IMG/VR virus record: IMGVR_UViG_2718218502_000001
Span: 2,841-66,840 of that record
Strand: one strand, 5' to 3'
Source of the DNA: a virus
DNA length: 64,000 nucleotides
Below are positions 46,004 to 55,114 of this stretch, piece by piece. The notes below the pieces were generated by a model. It searched no databases. It was given only the letters and a program-made list of their open reading frames with translations, and had not been told where the DNA came from. The position numbers were made by a program, and so were the translations under genes. Positions within the stretch are counted from its first letter, which is position 1. Each line of letters opens with the position of its first letter.

Positions 46004-46549
46004 TTAATTTTTGGTCATTAAGGTGAATGTAACAGGTTTTGGTCTATTTGAATCGTTAAATAGAGTAATAACCCATTGGTGTATTTTTCTATCATAACTC
46101 TCTACCGCAAACACCCTATCATTTGGAGATCCTAATTTCCAACCACCACTTATCACTTTTCTACCAGGCGCCTCTAAAAAGACAACAAAATATTCCTTTG
46201 GATTAACAGTTACAGGTTCCCAAGAAAATGACTTAAATCCATGCCCAAGATCAGTACCTAAATGTTCAGCGGCCGTCAACGTAGTTTGTTGGTCTCTTTC
46301 ATCCCGATAACCATGGACATTACTTTGATTTAAGTCACGAGTGAACTGATACCCCGAATCTTCACTTGAATTTGGATACATCATTTCATAATTCGAATCC
46401 ATACTTGGACCAGCATTTGGATGCGTCATTCTGTAATTCGGATCTTCAATTGGAATATAGTTTGGAGCATGCTGATAATTAGGATTAACACTTGGAATAG
46501 CATTTGGATACATTATGTTTTGATTTGGATTCCAATAATTATTATACAT
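46004..46549 (-). CDS. Hypothetical spore-associated-like protein (N/P/Y-rich N-terminus)
   Basis: Low-complexity YPN repeats; SigK-like GCAC-N16-AATACGAT upstream; RBS GAGGAAG. Confidence 0.7.
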   Translation of the reverse strand: MYNNYWNPNQNIMYPNAIPSVNPNYQHAPNYIPIEDPNYRMTHPNAGPSMDSNYEMMYPNSSEDSGYQFTRDLNQSNVHGYRDERDQQTTLTAAEHLGTDLGHGFKSFSWEPVTVNPKEYFVVFLEAPGRKVISGGWKLGSPNDRVFAVESYDRKIHQWVITLFNDSNRPKPVTFTLMTKN

Positions 46550-46895
46550 AAACCATCACTTCCTCAATGTTATTTACAATGACATCGTATTAAACATTAT
46601 CATTCTAGTGCTTAACCTATATCAAAAGAGGCTTATTTTTAGTATAAAATCCTTACTTCAATCTAAAATCATTTACCTCTCCGAACCTCGAAACACGTGC
46701 CACGCCGCTGTTGTCTCGTAACCACGTAGCACCGATTTTCCAGCTAAGAGAAACTATTCCTCAGTCATTCATATTCCTCCATTATTATTTACAGTTTTCG
46801 TAATGAAAGTCGAAATGAATATATTTTTCACATAACAAAAACATACATTTTTTGATATAATCAGATAAAATACATTCTCTGGGAGGGTTAATTTC

Positions 46896-48101
46896 ATGGG
46901 TTTTACACAATATGCTCATACACTTGGCTACTTAAACGATAAACTAAAATCATTCGCGCACATTTATGGTCCTGTAGAGAATAATAGATTTCTATCACTC
47001 TACAGCAAGATTGCTTCTCCATTAGATGAAATTTTTGGGTTTTTACATTTCAATTTTAATAATTTACTACACCATATGAATAGTAGATTAAACACTAGGC
47101 ACTACACTGCAGATGAAAGCAGATCACTATTTCATTTAATTAATGAATTACGTAATATTCAAGGTACTTTAGCCGGCACTACATTTGATTTTAATGTAGA
47201 TACTTACTACGATGAAGTCCTTGAAAATTGCCTAGCATTTTTGCAAACTAGTGGAGGCAGCACCATCCCCCATGACTTCCAGCGTGTAAAAGTTATTGAG
47301 ATTTCACCTATTTTTACATTAAAAACAGGATTAACAGTCAAAAGATCTGACGGTATTTTAACATTTCCTACAGAGGAAATTGGTGCAGGATCTTACGCCA
47401 CTGTATATAAATTCACAGATCCACTATATAACAAAGAGTTTGCTTATAAGAAAGCACATACTAACTTAGAAGCAGACGAGAAAGAGCGCTTTTATACAGA
47501 ATTTGAGGTAATGAAAGGCTTAAAGTCACCTTTTATCCTGGAAGTTTACACTTTGAATAAAGAACAGAATTATTACGTAATGGAATACGCTGATGAAACC
47601 TTGGAAAATTATATCCAAAAAAACCCTGGCCTTGAGAATGAAAGAGAAAAAGTTTTATTTATTCGTCAAATTTGTTTAGCGTTTAAACGAATACATAGTG
47701 AAGGTGTCTATCATAGAGATATTTCACCAAAAAATATACTCATAAAGCATTTTGACGATACAAAAATGATTAAGATTGCTGACTTCGGTTTGGTGAAGGT
47801 TCCAGAAAGTAACCGTACGCGATTCGGTACAGAACTTAAAGGCTATCTCAATGATCCCCATCTAGGGCTCATAGGGTTTAATAACTATAAAGCGCATCAC
47901 GACATATATGCATTAACAAGGCTCATTTATTACATGTTCACTGGTAAAACAGCCGATGGTATATTTTCAAATCCGCATTTTGAAGGATTCTATAAAAAAG
48001 GGACGCATTTTGAAACCGAGCAAAGATACTCTAATATACAAGAATTAGAGAAAGCATTTTTTCAAAACGTTGCCCCCTCACTTAAGGAATTAGGTGTTTA
48101 G
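46896..48101 (+). CDS. Hanks-type Ser/Thr protein kinase with uncharacterised N-terminal domain
   Basis: GAGSYATV, AYKK, HRDISPKN, DFG; extended -10 TGATATAAT at 46853; opposite to phage genes. Confidence 0.92.
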   Translation: MGFTQYAHTLGYLNDKLKSFAHIYGPVENNRFLSLYSKIASPLDEIFGFLHFNFNNLLHHMNSRLNTRHYTADESRSLFHLINELRNIQGTLAGTTFDFNVDTYYDEVLENCLAFLQTSGGSTIPHDFQRVKVIEISPIFTLKTGLTVKRSDGILTFPTEEIGAGSYATVYKFTDPLYNKEFAYKKAHTNLEADEKERFYTEFEVMKGLKSPFILEVYTLNKEQNYYVMEYADETLENYIQKNPGLENEREKVLFIRQICLAFKRIHSEGVYHRDISPKNILIKHFDDTKMIKIADFGLVKVPESNRTRFGTELKGYLNDPHLGLIGFNNYKAHHDIYALTRLIYYMFTGKTADGIFSNPHFEGFYKKGTHFETEQRYSNIQELEKAFFQNVAPSLKELGV

Positions 48102-48295
48102 TTAATCCCTTTCTTCGTTAAAAACTGCCTTGCGTTATCCGTAAGCCTGTAATAATAAACATGCTTATCATCTTTCGTGACTTGCTCCAGTAGACCTAAC
48201 TGAGAGAGTTGTCCCAGCCACGTATCAAACTGCGTAGCTGGGATTTCTCCTCCTACCTGGTGCATCGCTCGTAAGATTGCTTCGGAACCTTTCAC
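48098..48295 (-). CDS. Small wHTH-like phage protein
   Basis: 65 aa, overlaps neighbours. Confidence 0.7.
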   Translation of the reverse strand: MKGSEAILRAMHQVGGEIPATQFDTWLGQLSQLGLLEQVTKDDKHVYYYRLTDNARQFLTKKGIN

Positions 48296-48489
48296 TCTAT
48301 ACCACGTGATTTTACGATTTCCAGTGCTTGTTGTTCCGTAAAACCTTCGGAAACAAGTGCATCGAAACGCGCCTTATATACTTTAGAAATCTCACGCTGC
48401 ATTCGTATCTGCATCGGTAACGCCTTAACAAAATTGTCCAAAATCATTTCCAGTTCAATATTTGTATATTGCTTATTAGGTTCGCTCAT
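48292..48489 (-). CDS. Hypothetical phage protein
   Basis: YKARFDALVSEGFTEQQALEI motif common in Bacillus phages. Confidence 0.72.
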   Translation of the reverse strand: MSEPNKQYTNIELEMILDNFVKALPMQIRMQREISKVYKARFDALVSEGFTEQQALEIVKSRGIE

Positions 48490-48493
48490 TTTA

Positions 48494-48772
48494 TCACCCC
48501 TTCAAATGCGCTTCAATTTCCGCTAATACCTGATCAATCCCTTCAGGACTTAGTACGAGTTTTCCGCCAGCTAGTTCAATATTTTCTTCTGAAACCTCGC
48601 CTGTAATTTGGCAAGAGTTATTAGGATTATATTTTTGTAGAATAATAGATTCACCATCTACGAAAATCTCCATCGGATCCTTTACCTGGATACCTAATGT
48701 ACGGCGTAATTCCATTGGAACCACAATTCGACCTAATGGATCAATGTTACGAATAATACCTGTTGATTTCAT
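48494..48772 (-). CDS. AbrB/MazE/SpoVT-family DNA-binding protein
   Basis: MKSTGIIRNIDPLGRIVVPMELRRTLGI. Confidence 0.92.
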   Translation of the reverse strand: MKSTGIIRNIDPLGRIVVPMELRRTLGIQVKDPMEIFVDGESIILQKYNPNNSCQITGEVSEENIELAGGKLVLSPEGIDQVLAEIEAHLKG

Positions 48773-48999
48773 TTCCCTTCAGCTCCCTTATCTTTCTCAT
48801 ATTCGAACTTGATCGCAGAAACATGCTGCATATTCACAATTCCCGTAATACGACCGTTATCATCGTAAGTATCTATCGCATTTCCTTCCGCAAATAACTC
48901 CCCTTCTAGCTTTTTGTATCCTTCAAAAATAAAATCGGCTTCCTCTACAGTGTGTACAGAACCGTCAACCGTTTTAATTACCGCTCTCATATCTTCCAT
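48769..48999 (-). CDS. Hypothetical phage protein
   Basis: 76 aa with RBS. Confidence 0.65.
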   Translation of the reverse strand: MEDMRAVIKTVDGSVHTVEEADFIFEGYKKLEGELFAEGNAIDTYDDNGRITGIVNMQHVSAIKFEYEKDKGAEGK

Positions 49000-49009
49000 C
49001 TCCTTTTCC

Positions 49010-49105
49010 TTACTTCTTAATCGTTTCTATAACGCTAGCTAAACCAAAGAATATTACACAGATGAACCATGTTGTCCAAATTGGATATTCGTATATAAGT
49101 TCCAC
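49010..49105 (-). CDS. 31-aa single-TM peptide
   Basis: Own translation after RBS GGAG: (M)ELIYEYPIWTTWFICVIFFGLASVIETIKK. Confidence 0.55.
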   Translation of the reverse strand: MELIYEYPIWTTWFICVIFFGLASVIETIKK

Positions 49106-49115
49106 CCAGTCACTC

Positions 49116-49262
49116 CTAGTCTTTATTAATTAGAATCACAGCCGAACCCTCAACCGTGATACCGGCTACTTCAATCTTTTCATGGGGACCTACTTGCACT
49201 GTTGTGACACCCTCACGTGTCTCCAGCTCTTCACTTAAGCTTTTTGTAGGTATATCCTTCAT
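49116..49262 (-). CDS. BC1881-family protein (48 aa)
   Basis: Own translation MKDIPTKSLSEELETREGVTTVQVGPHEKIEVAGITVEGSAVILINKD. Confidence 0.75.
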   Translation of the reverse strand: MKDIPTKSLSEELETREGVTTVQVGPHEKIEVAGITVEGSAVILINKD

Positions 49263-49264
49263 CT

Positions 49265-50203
49265 CTACTCACCATCCAAAATAACACTGTATTCATCATT
49301 AGCTACGTAAAAATTACCGAATGCATCGCGTTCAGGGAATCCATTTTCCGTTGCCTGTACTATCTTGAGTTTCGCATTACATTTATGACATTTCGTGAAT
49401 TTGTGCTCCTTGTACTCGTATTGATTCCCACGATTCCCGCACATGCAGCACTCATAGCGTGTACGATATCTCGGATTTCCTTCTTCGTCATATTTAATAC
49501 CTGTTTTCCAATGAATCGGATCAGCTTCTTCTTTTTTCGTAATCTTTGCTATCTCTTCAATAGGAAACGAGCTACGATTTACTTCTACGATTGGTAGTTT
49601 ACGAGTTTGCTTTTCAGAAGCCTTTTTAACAGTCCATTCATGAAGCTGTTCACGCGTAATATCGTCTACTGCGTTATGAATCTCCGTTTTTGCCATCGTA
49701 GTTCCTAATGCTGAGACATCCACTTCTGGTGGGTGTTGATTAATAGTTTCTACTAGTTCTGTTGCTGTGTTGATAAAGGAAAGTTCATCTATTTCTTTTT
49801 TTAATCTTGGATTGGCAGGTTCCGCATCAGAGTCATAAAATTCTACACTTGTTTTTTCTGGACGTTTAAGTAATAAATACTGATCCCCTACAAAACTGGA
49901 GATACCACCACGAATATTATTTTTAATAAAGTCGAAAAAGACTGTAGTTAATGCGTTTACGTTTGCTTCTTTATTTAAACGATCTAGTCCGTATTCATAA
50001 AGCATTGCGTGAATAGCCTCATGAAGTACGTTTTTCATTTGCCCTTCATGCTTCGCTACATTGTCCGAAATTTTGATTTGTTGTTCGTGATACGTTACTT
50101 CAGCAATTCTTACTTCTCCATTTTCTCTTTCTTCAAGCCATCCTTTTACGACTTCCACATCGTACGGTACACTACCAATCATCAGTTGTTTAGGTATGTT
50201 CAT
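49265..50203 (-). CDS. HExxH metallopeptidase-like N-terminal domain fused to a C-terminal Zn ribbon
   Basis: VLHEAIHAMLYE; CCMCG...CHKC. Confidence 0.75.
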   Translation of the reverse strand: MNIPKQLMIGSVPYDVEVVKGWLEERENGEVRIAEVTYHEQQIKISDNVAKHEGQMKNVLHEAIHAMLYEYGLDRLNKEANVNALTTVFFDFIKNNIRGGISSFVGDQYLLLKRPEKTSVEFYDSDAEPANPRLKKEIDELSFINTATELVETINQHPPEVDVSALGTTMAKTEIHNAVDDITREQLHEWTVKKASEKQTRKLPIVEVNRSSFPIEEIAKITKKEEADPIHWKTGIKYDEEGNPRYRTRYECCMCGNRGNQYEYKEHKFTKCHKCNAKLKIVQATENGFPERDAFGNFYVANDEYSVILDGE

Positions 50204-50219
50204 ATAACTTTATCCCCCT

Positions 50220-50537
50220 TTAAATTGGTAAATTATTTTCAATTTCCGTTCGTAATTTATCTCGTAGCCACTTAAACTCTAAATCTTTTTTATCGATTTT
50301 CGCTTGGATCACTTTCGCTTGATCCTTCGTATAACATTTACGGAAACCGTTGTATAATTTCGAAATTTCTTTCTGCAGCTGTCTCATTTCACGGTTCGAA
50401 TAATAACTTACAAATTCCGTTTTACAACTGGAACAAATGAAATAGTGCTTGTCCACACGGTTTGATAATCGTGCTGTGAGCATCTGGACACGAAACACGT
50501 GCTCACATACTTCACATTTCGCTTTTACGGGTTTCAT
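50220..50537 (-). CDS. Zn-finger phage protein
   Basis: CEVC...CSSC plus coiled coil. Confidence 0.75.
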   Translation of the reverse strand: MKPVKAKCEVCEHVFRVQMLTARLSNRVDKHYFICSSCKTEFVSYYSNREMRQLQKEISKLYNGFRKCYTKDQAKVIQAKIDKKDLEFKWLRDKLRTEIENNLPI

Positions 50538-50681
50538 TGTTTTGGATGCTCCTTTCTTTCAAAGGATTTTTTTGTTTGGTTTCTAACAAACTTCATCTTT
50601 AATTTTTCTGGTTCTAATGAACCTCTAGACGAATACACCATATACTAATTTAAATACGTTCTAGGAAAGCAGGTGTGTACT

Positions 50682-50897
50682 ATGCCTTCTGTCGTTGGAA
50701 ATCTTGTCGTTCAAAACAGTAATGGTGCTTTCAATTTAGGGGATTTTTATAACGTATCTCCAAAAGAGAATACAAAATCTTATAATGGTTCAGGGGCATC
50801 AAATGTTTCTTTTGTTGTTAATACCTTTAACGGTGTTAGTGCAACGAATACATTTGATTCTGATGTTGCTGATCAAGACCAAGTTGTATCAAGTTAA
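50682..50897 (+). CDS. gerPF: Spore germination protein, GerPA/GerPF family
   Basis: MPSVVGNLVVQNSNGAFNLGDFYNVSPKENTK...SATNTFDSDVADQ; SigK-like CATATACTA at 50639. Confidence 0.88.
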   Translation: MPSVVGNLVVQNSNGAFNLGDFYNVSPKENTKSYNGSGASNVSFVVNTFNGVSATNTFDSDVADQDQVVSS

Positions 50898-50922
50898 AAT
50901 TATTTATTTCCCTCTCCCCCTT

Positions 50923-51043
50923 GAATAAAACTCGATATTCCGTCAATACTGTGCATAGGCGATAGCCAAAACTCATATTAATGAACCTCTATCAGCAGTA
51001 GTTCCCTGACCTGAGCCAGTTAGCTTTTGCTAGCTGCTCTTTT
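50923..51043 (+). ncRNA. Candidate sRNA cassette, SigG-like
   Basis: GAATA-N17-AATACTG; promoter region nearly matches the 2539 unit; CAGTTAGC/GCTAGCTG terminator. Confidence 0.45.
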
Positions 51044-51048
51044 AATTA

Positions 51049-51166
51049 CACATTTTTGTCTTAACACTCATATAATATTGTGAATTTAAAAATCATTTCA
51101 TGTTTAAAGGAAAAGTATTCTTTTTCATTACTCCACTCCCTCTTTAAATAAGGTTTTTAAAGAGGG
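51049..51166 (+). ncRNA. Candidate sRNA cassette, SigK-type
   Basis: CACA-N16-CATATAATA(51069); GTATTCTTTTTCATTACTCCACTCCCTC; CCCTCTTTAAA/TTTAAAGAGGG stem. Confidence 0.55.
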
Positions 51167-51287
51167 AATACATTAAAAAAATCTTGGTTACACTGTAAAC
51201 AGGCTCGTGAATAGCCAAATTTACTAATACCCACTCTATGTCTATTACCTTGGGCCGAGCAATTAGCAAAAGCTAATTGCTCTTTTA
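51166..51287 (+). ncRNA. Candidate sRNA cassette (promoter weak)
   Basis: GGCT/AGCC hairpin; GAGCAATTAGC/GCTAATTGCTC terminator; no ORF. Confidence 0.35.
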
Positions 51288-51310
51288 TATTGAGTTAATA
51301 ATAAAATTTA

Positions 51311-51409
51311 GTCTTATTCCTTTTCTACATCATATACTTTTAACCTAACCATCCAGCTCAAAGTGTTACCTCCTATCTTAAAGAGCACTTATGCATGGTG
51401 CTCTTTTTT
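51311..51409 (+). ncRNA. Candidate sRNA cassette, near-identical to 5262-5360
   Basis: 95/99 identity; TTACCTCCTATC anti-SD; AGAGCAC/GTGCTCT terminator. Confidence 0.55.
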
Positions 51410-51457
51410 AGTTTCCTTATTTCTACAAAATGAAATTTTTGTTTAGTTTTCTTACCT

Positions 51458-51580
51458 GCATAATATTTTGATATTTGTTTATACTATAGTTGTAACTTTT
51501 TGTTACAACATATATCCGTATCGATTGTAACTTCTAAAATTGTACAACGGAGCAGTTAGCTATTTCGGCTAGCTGCTTTG
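51458..51580 (+). ncRNA. Candidate sRNA cassette, SigG-type; family with 2789 and 5381
   Basis: GCATA-N17-TATACTA(51480); GTTGTAAC/GTTACAAC hairpin; GCAGTTAGC/GCTAGCTGC terminator; bounded by sites 51428 and 51588. Confidence 0.55.
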
Positions 51581-51814
51581 TTGTTTAAAATGAAGTTTTT
51601 ATTTAGTTTCACTGGTATTGTTCACACTAGGACTAGTACCGCCAAAACATTAGAACAACTGACATAAACGTCACATTTTTGCCAAATTTTATAATTTATT
51701 TTCAGAATCTACAAAATATTGCATTTTTCTCTTTTTTCTATTGGTATAATCGGGCTGTCTATCAAAGTTATAGAAAAATTGATAGAAAATTACTAATAGA
51801 ATGGAGATGTTTTT

Positions 51815-52066
51815 ATGTTTAAAAAATTAACTATTGGAACATTTGCAATTGGTATTATGTTCTCCGGTGTTACTGGTGTATCTGCGGCACAAATAAATGA
51901 TGCACCGCTCAAAGCTTCTGATAACAAATGTGCACAAAAAAAGCATAAATTTTCTCAGTTGTTTAATTCTCCAAAGGTCCCAGAAAATTATACAAAGAAT
52001 GGCGTTACAGGAAAGTTAGTTTGTACTTATGAGGGGCCAGTAGGTTGGATTGGTTACTATAATTAA
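51815..52066 (+). CDS. Secreted peptide, LCI-fold antimicrobial-like
   Basis: Sec signal peptide MFKKLTIG...VSA; C-terminal GWIGYY resembling LCI WVGIY; two Cys. Confidence 0.6.
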   Translation: MFKKLTIGTFAIGIMFSGVTGVSAAQINDAPLKASDNKCAQKKHKFSQLFNSPKVPENYTKNGVTGKLVCTYEGPVGWIGYYN

Positions 52067-52092
52067 TAAGTAACCTATCAATACAAGTTGGC

Positions 52093-52302
52093 TCACATCT
52101 CTCCCTCGCTTTTTTCATAATAGGCGAGGGATTTTATTTCAGATGTACTTATGCTTATAAAACCAACATCTTCACTTTCTACTAAAATAGCTTTTTTGTT
52201 TAAATCCACTTTTTTTAACTGTGGCTTTACTAATACTTTTGTGCTAAAATCCACTAGGATATTTATTTTAAAATTATTTTTGGAGGCTTTATGAATAATC
52301 AA
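52093..52302 (-). CDS. Hypothetical or 3' fragment of a phage gene
   Basis: No clear RBS; overlaps the start of the + strand ORF. Confidence 0.35.
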   Translation of the reverse strand: MIIHKASKNNFKINILVDFSTKVLVKPQLKKVDLNKKAILVESEDVGFISISTSEIKSLAYYEKSEGEM

Positions 52303-52755
52303 AACAACAATGAAACAAACAACAGCAATAGACTATTGGCAATTTTTCTAATAGTATCACCACTATTAATACCTATCGTGCTCCCTACAGCCATAATTGT
52401 AGGAATGAAACAATGGATGCCTGATGATGTTGAATACCCAAGTATAATGTCACTATTGACCTTATGTATTGGATTTTTCATAGTTGGGATCATTTTCTCT
52501 TTCGTATTACGGGTATTTAAATTATCTGAAGAAAAGCTAAAAGAATTAGGTTTCTTAGGATTTACAATTTCAATTGTTAGTACCTTTTTGACAATGTATG
52601 TCGGATATTTTGGGCTAGCAAAACTTAATTTCACAGCAGTGCAATTATCACCACATGCTGTATTAATCTTTGCGATTTTATCTACAATTCTTTTAGAAGC
52701 AATATTTAAGTTGATTGATAAATTTGATACACCTGATACAAAAGAAACACTTTAA
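52291..52755 (+). CDS. 4-TM membrane protein
   Basis: Four hydrophobic segments; RBS GGAGG; AGAGCACAT/ATGTGCTCT terminator. Confidence 0.8.
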   Translation: MNNQNNNETNNSNRLLAIFLIVSPLLIPIVLPTAIIVGMKQWMPDDVEYPSIMSLLTLCIGFFIVGIIFSFVLRVFKLSEEKLKELGFLGFTISIVSTFLTMYVGYFGLAKLNFTAVQLSPHAVLIFAILSTILLEAIFKLIDKFDTPDTKETL

Positions 52756-52841
52756 TAGATATTAAAATGATTATCTTAGAGCACATATCAACATGTGCTC
52801 TTTTTTCTTTTAACCAAATAACGATTTTATCTAAATCCATT

Positions 52842-52950
52842 CACTAATCTCAGACTTTGACATACAATAATAGTGCCTTTCTATATAATGTGAGTTCGTC
52901 ACTGTCGTTATAATGAGGTATAAGGAGCGCTCTCGATTAGCGCTCTTTTT
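52842..52950 (+). ncRNA. Candidate sRNA cassette, SigK/SigE-type
   Basis: CAC-N16-CATACAAT(52861); GAGCGC/GCGCTC terminator; bounded by sites 52816 and 52955 (139-bp unit). Confidence 0.55.
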
Positions 52951-52979
52951 ATTTAAATAAAGATTTCATTTTAAAATTA

Positions 52980-53068
52980 CACCTATCTAAAAAACATCCA
53001 TATAATATCTTGGGTGTTCTTTTTCAACCTTATTTTTAGTCAGAGAGCACTTTTAAAAGTGCTCTTTT
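52980..53068 (+). ncRNA. Candidate sRNA cassette, SigK-type; family with 3407 and 5517
   Basis: AC(52981)-N16-CATATAATA; GTGTTCTTTTTCA core; AGAGCACTTT/AAAGTGCTCT terminator. Confidence 0.5.
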
Positions 53069-53085
53069 AATTTATTTAGATGTAT

Positions 53086-53175
53086 CACGTTTTACATACA
53101 ATAAACATAAAATGCAAAGAGCAGACAAGACATAGTTTTTATATAATCGTGTACATTTTTTGTACGCGATTTTTT
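53086..53175 (+). ncRNA. Candidate sRNA cassette, SigK-type; family with 5642
   Basis: AC(53087)-N17-CATAAAAT; AGACAAGACATAG core; ATCGTGTACA/TGTACGCGAT terminator. Confidence 0.5.
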
Positions 53176-53194
53176 AATTAAATAAGAATTTTGT

Positions 53195-54175
53195 TTAAAA
53201 ATGATTTATTAATTCCAACTGAACATTATTTAGTAATCTATCAGATATCTCTATATAACCAGGATTTAATTCAATACCAATAAAATTCCTATTATGCTTT
53301 GCAGCGACACGACCAACTGTACCTGAACCGAAGAATGGATCCATAACAATTCCTTCAGCTGGCGCCCCAGCTAATATGCAAGGTTCAATTAATGCTTCCG
53401 GAAATGTAGCAAAATGTGCTTCCTTCAATGGTTTTGTTGATACTGTCCAAACCGACCTTTTATTTCTTTTATCCCGAATCGCTCTAAATGCTTCATGGCC
53501 ATATTTACCGTTAAAGGAGCCTTTCTCTTTGCTTGTTCTTTTTGCTCTTTGTGGCGGACCAAATGCACCTTCCGAACCTCGAACATCTTGTTGGCCATAA
53601 ACTGCTGGCTCTTTAATACTTTCGTGATCGTAATAGTATTTAGGTGACTTACTTAATAAGAAAATATATTCATGTGACTTAGTAGGTCTATCCCTTACAC
53701 TCTCTGGCATTGCATTTGGCTTGTTCCAAATGATATCTTGTCTTAAATACCAACCATCTTGCTGTAAAGCGAAAGCTACTCGCCAAGGTAAACCGATTAG
53801 ATCCTTTGGTTTTAATCCATCTACTGATTTTGTGATTGAAACAATTCCGGTAACTTGGCCAACACTTTGAAAATGATTGTTACCTGGATTCCCTTTTCCA
53901 TCTGCATTTCTTCCACGTCCACTTCCAGCATATGCATCACCTAGATTTAGCCAAAGTGTTCCGTCATCCCTTAGTACACGCTTTACTTCCCGAAAAACTG
54001 ATACAAGGTTGTCCACATATTCATCAACTGTATTTTCTAATCCAATCTGTCCATCTACCCCGTAATCACGTAATCCCCAATATGGAGGACTCGTGACCAC
54101 AGTACTCACAAAATTATCCGGAAAAGCTTTTAGTACGTCTAAACAATGTCCTGGGTAAACTTTATTTAGTTCCAT
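53195..54175 (-). CDS. Orphan DNA methyltransferase, beta class (N4-C or N6-A)
   Basis: VTSPPY (motif IV) near N-terminus, DPFFGSGT (motif I) near C-terminus; bounded by sites 53180 and 54199. Confidence 0.93.
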   Translation of the reverse strand: MELNKVYPGHCLDVLKAFPDNFVSTVVTSPPYWGLRDYGVDGQIGLENTVDEYVDNLVSVFREVKRVLRDDGTLWLNLGDAYAGSGRGRNADGKGNPGNNHFQSVGQVTGIVSITKSVDGLKPKDLIGLPWRVAFALQQDGWYLRQDIIWNKPNAMPESVRDRPTKSHEYIFLLSKSPKYYYDHESIKEPAVYGQQDVRGSEGAFGPPQRAKRTSKEKGSFNGKYGHEAFRAIRDKRNKRSVWTVSTKPLKEAHFATFPEALIEPCILAGAPAEGIVMDPFFGSGTVGRVAAKHNRNFIGIELNPGYIEISDRLLNNVQLELINHF

Positions 54176-54345
54176 TCCTATCCTCCCCTTTTCGATTAAA
54201 ATAACTATTTTATTAAAAATCTTTAATGAGCTAATCCTTACAATTTTGTAATACTAATGTCACTGAAATCAATTTTTTCACTATAAACTCTTTACTATAA
54301 TTTTCCTTATAAAGTTATAAACACACAGTAAGGAGCGGCTTAAAA

Positions 54346-54945
54346 ATGTCTTTTTCTCAATTAAATATTGATGCTTTTCGAGCAATCAATGATTTAGGGA
54401 AGTCATATTCATCCCTAAACTCAACTATGGTATTTGTGGCGGAATATATGGTGTATTTTTTAGGTTTAATTATTATGGCTTATTGGTTTACTCAATCTAG
54501 AAAAAACAAAATGATGATTATTCAAGCGATGGTCGCTTTCGTAACTGCTGAAATAATCGGAAAATTAGCAGGGAATTTGCATTTGAATTATCAACCATTT
54601 GCAGTATTACCTAATGTTAATAAACTTGTCGATCATGCAGTAGATAATTCATTTCCTAGCGACCATACGATTCTATTTTTTTCAATTTGTTTTTCATTCT
54701 GGCTTATTCGTAAAAAGGCTAGATGGTTATGGCTTGTACTTGCATTCTGCGTAGCTATTTCTCGTATTTGGGTAGGAGTTCATTATCCTTTCGATGTAAT
54801 AACAGGAGCTTTAATAGGAATTATTTCAGCGCTATTTTCATATTGGTTAACACCGAAAATTACATTCATCAAACAATTGCTTAATCTTTACGAAAAAATA
54901 GAACAAAATGTAATACCATCCAAAAACAAGTCAAAAAACTTTTGA
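54346..54945 (+). CDS. bcrC: Undecaprenyl-pyrophosphate phosphatase, PAP2/BcrC-like
   Basis: SFPSDH, SRIWVGVHYPFD PAP2 motifs; several TMs; bounded by sites 54199 and 55042. Confidence 0.9.
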   Translation: MSFSQLNIDAFRAINDLGKSYSSLNSTMVFVAEYMVYFLGLIIMAYWFTQSRKNKMMIIQAMVAFVTAEIIGKLAGNLHLNYQPFAVLPNVNKLVDHAVDNSFPSDHTILFFSICFSFWLIRKKARWLWLVLAFCVAISRIWVGVHYPFDVITGALIGIISALFSYWLTPKITFIKQLLNLYEKIEQNVIPSKNKSKNF

Positions 54946-55114
54946 TTAATCTCACAAAGCTAAAAAGATTACATATATTACCGAGTATTTTTCAATATTG
55001 TCTTGATCAAAGAGCGCTCCCCTGGGTGCTCTTTAATTTTAAAATAACGCTTTTATTAAAAAACGAACATTCAACTTAAATCGCAGCTGACAATCCAATC
55101 CAAATTCCGAACAT

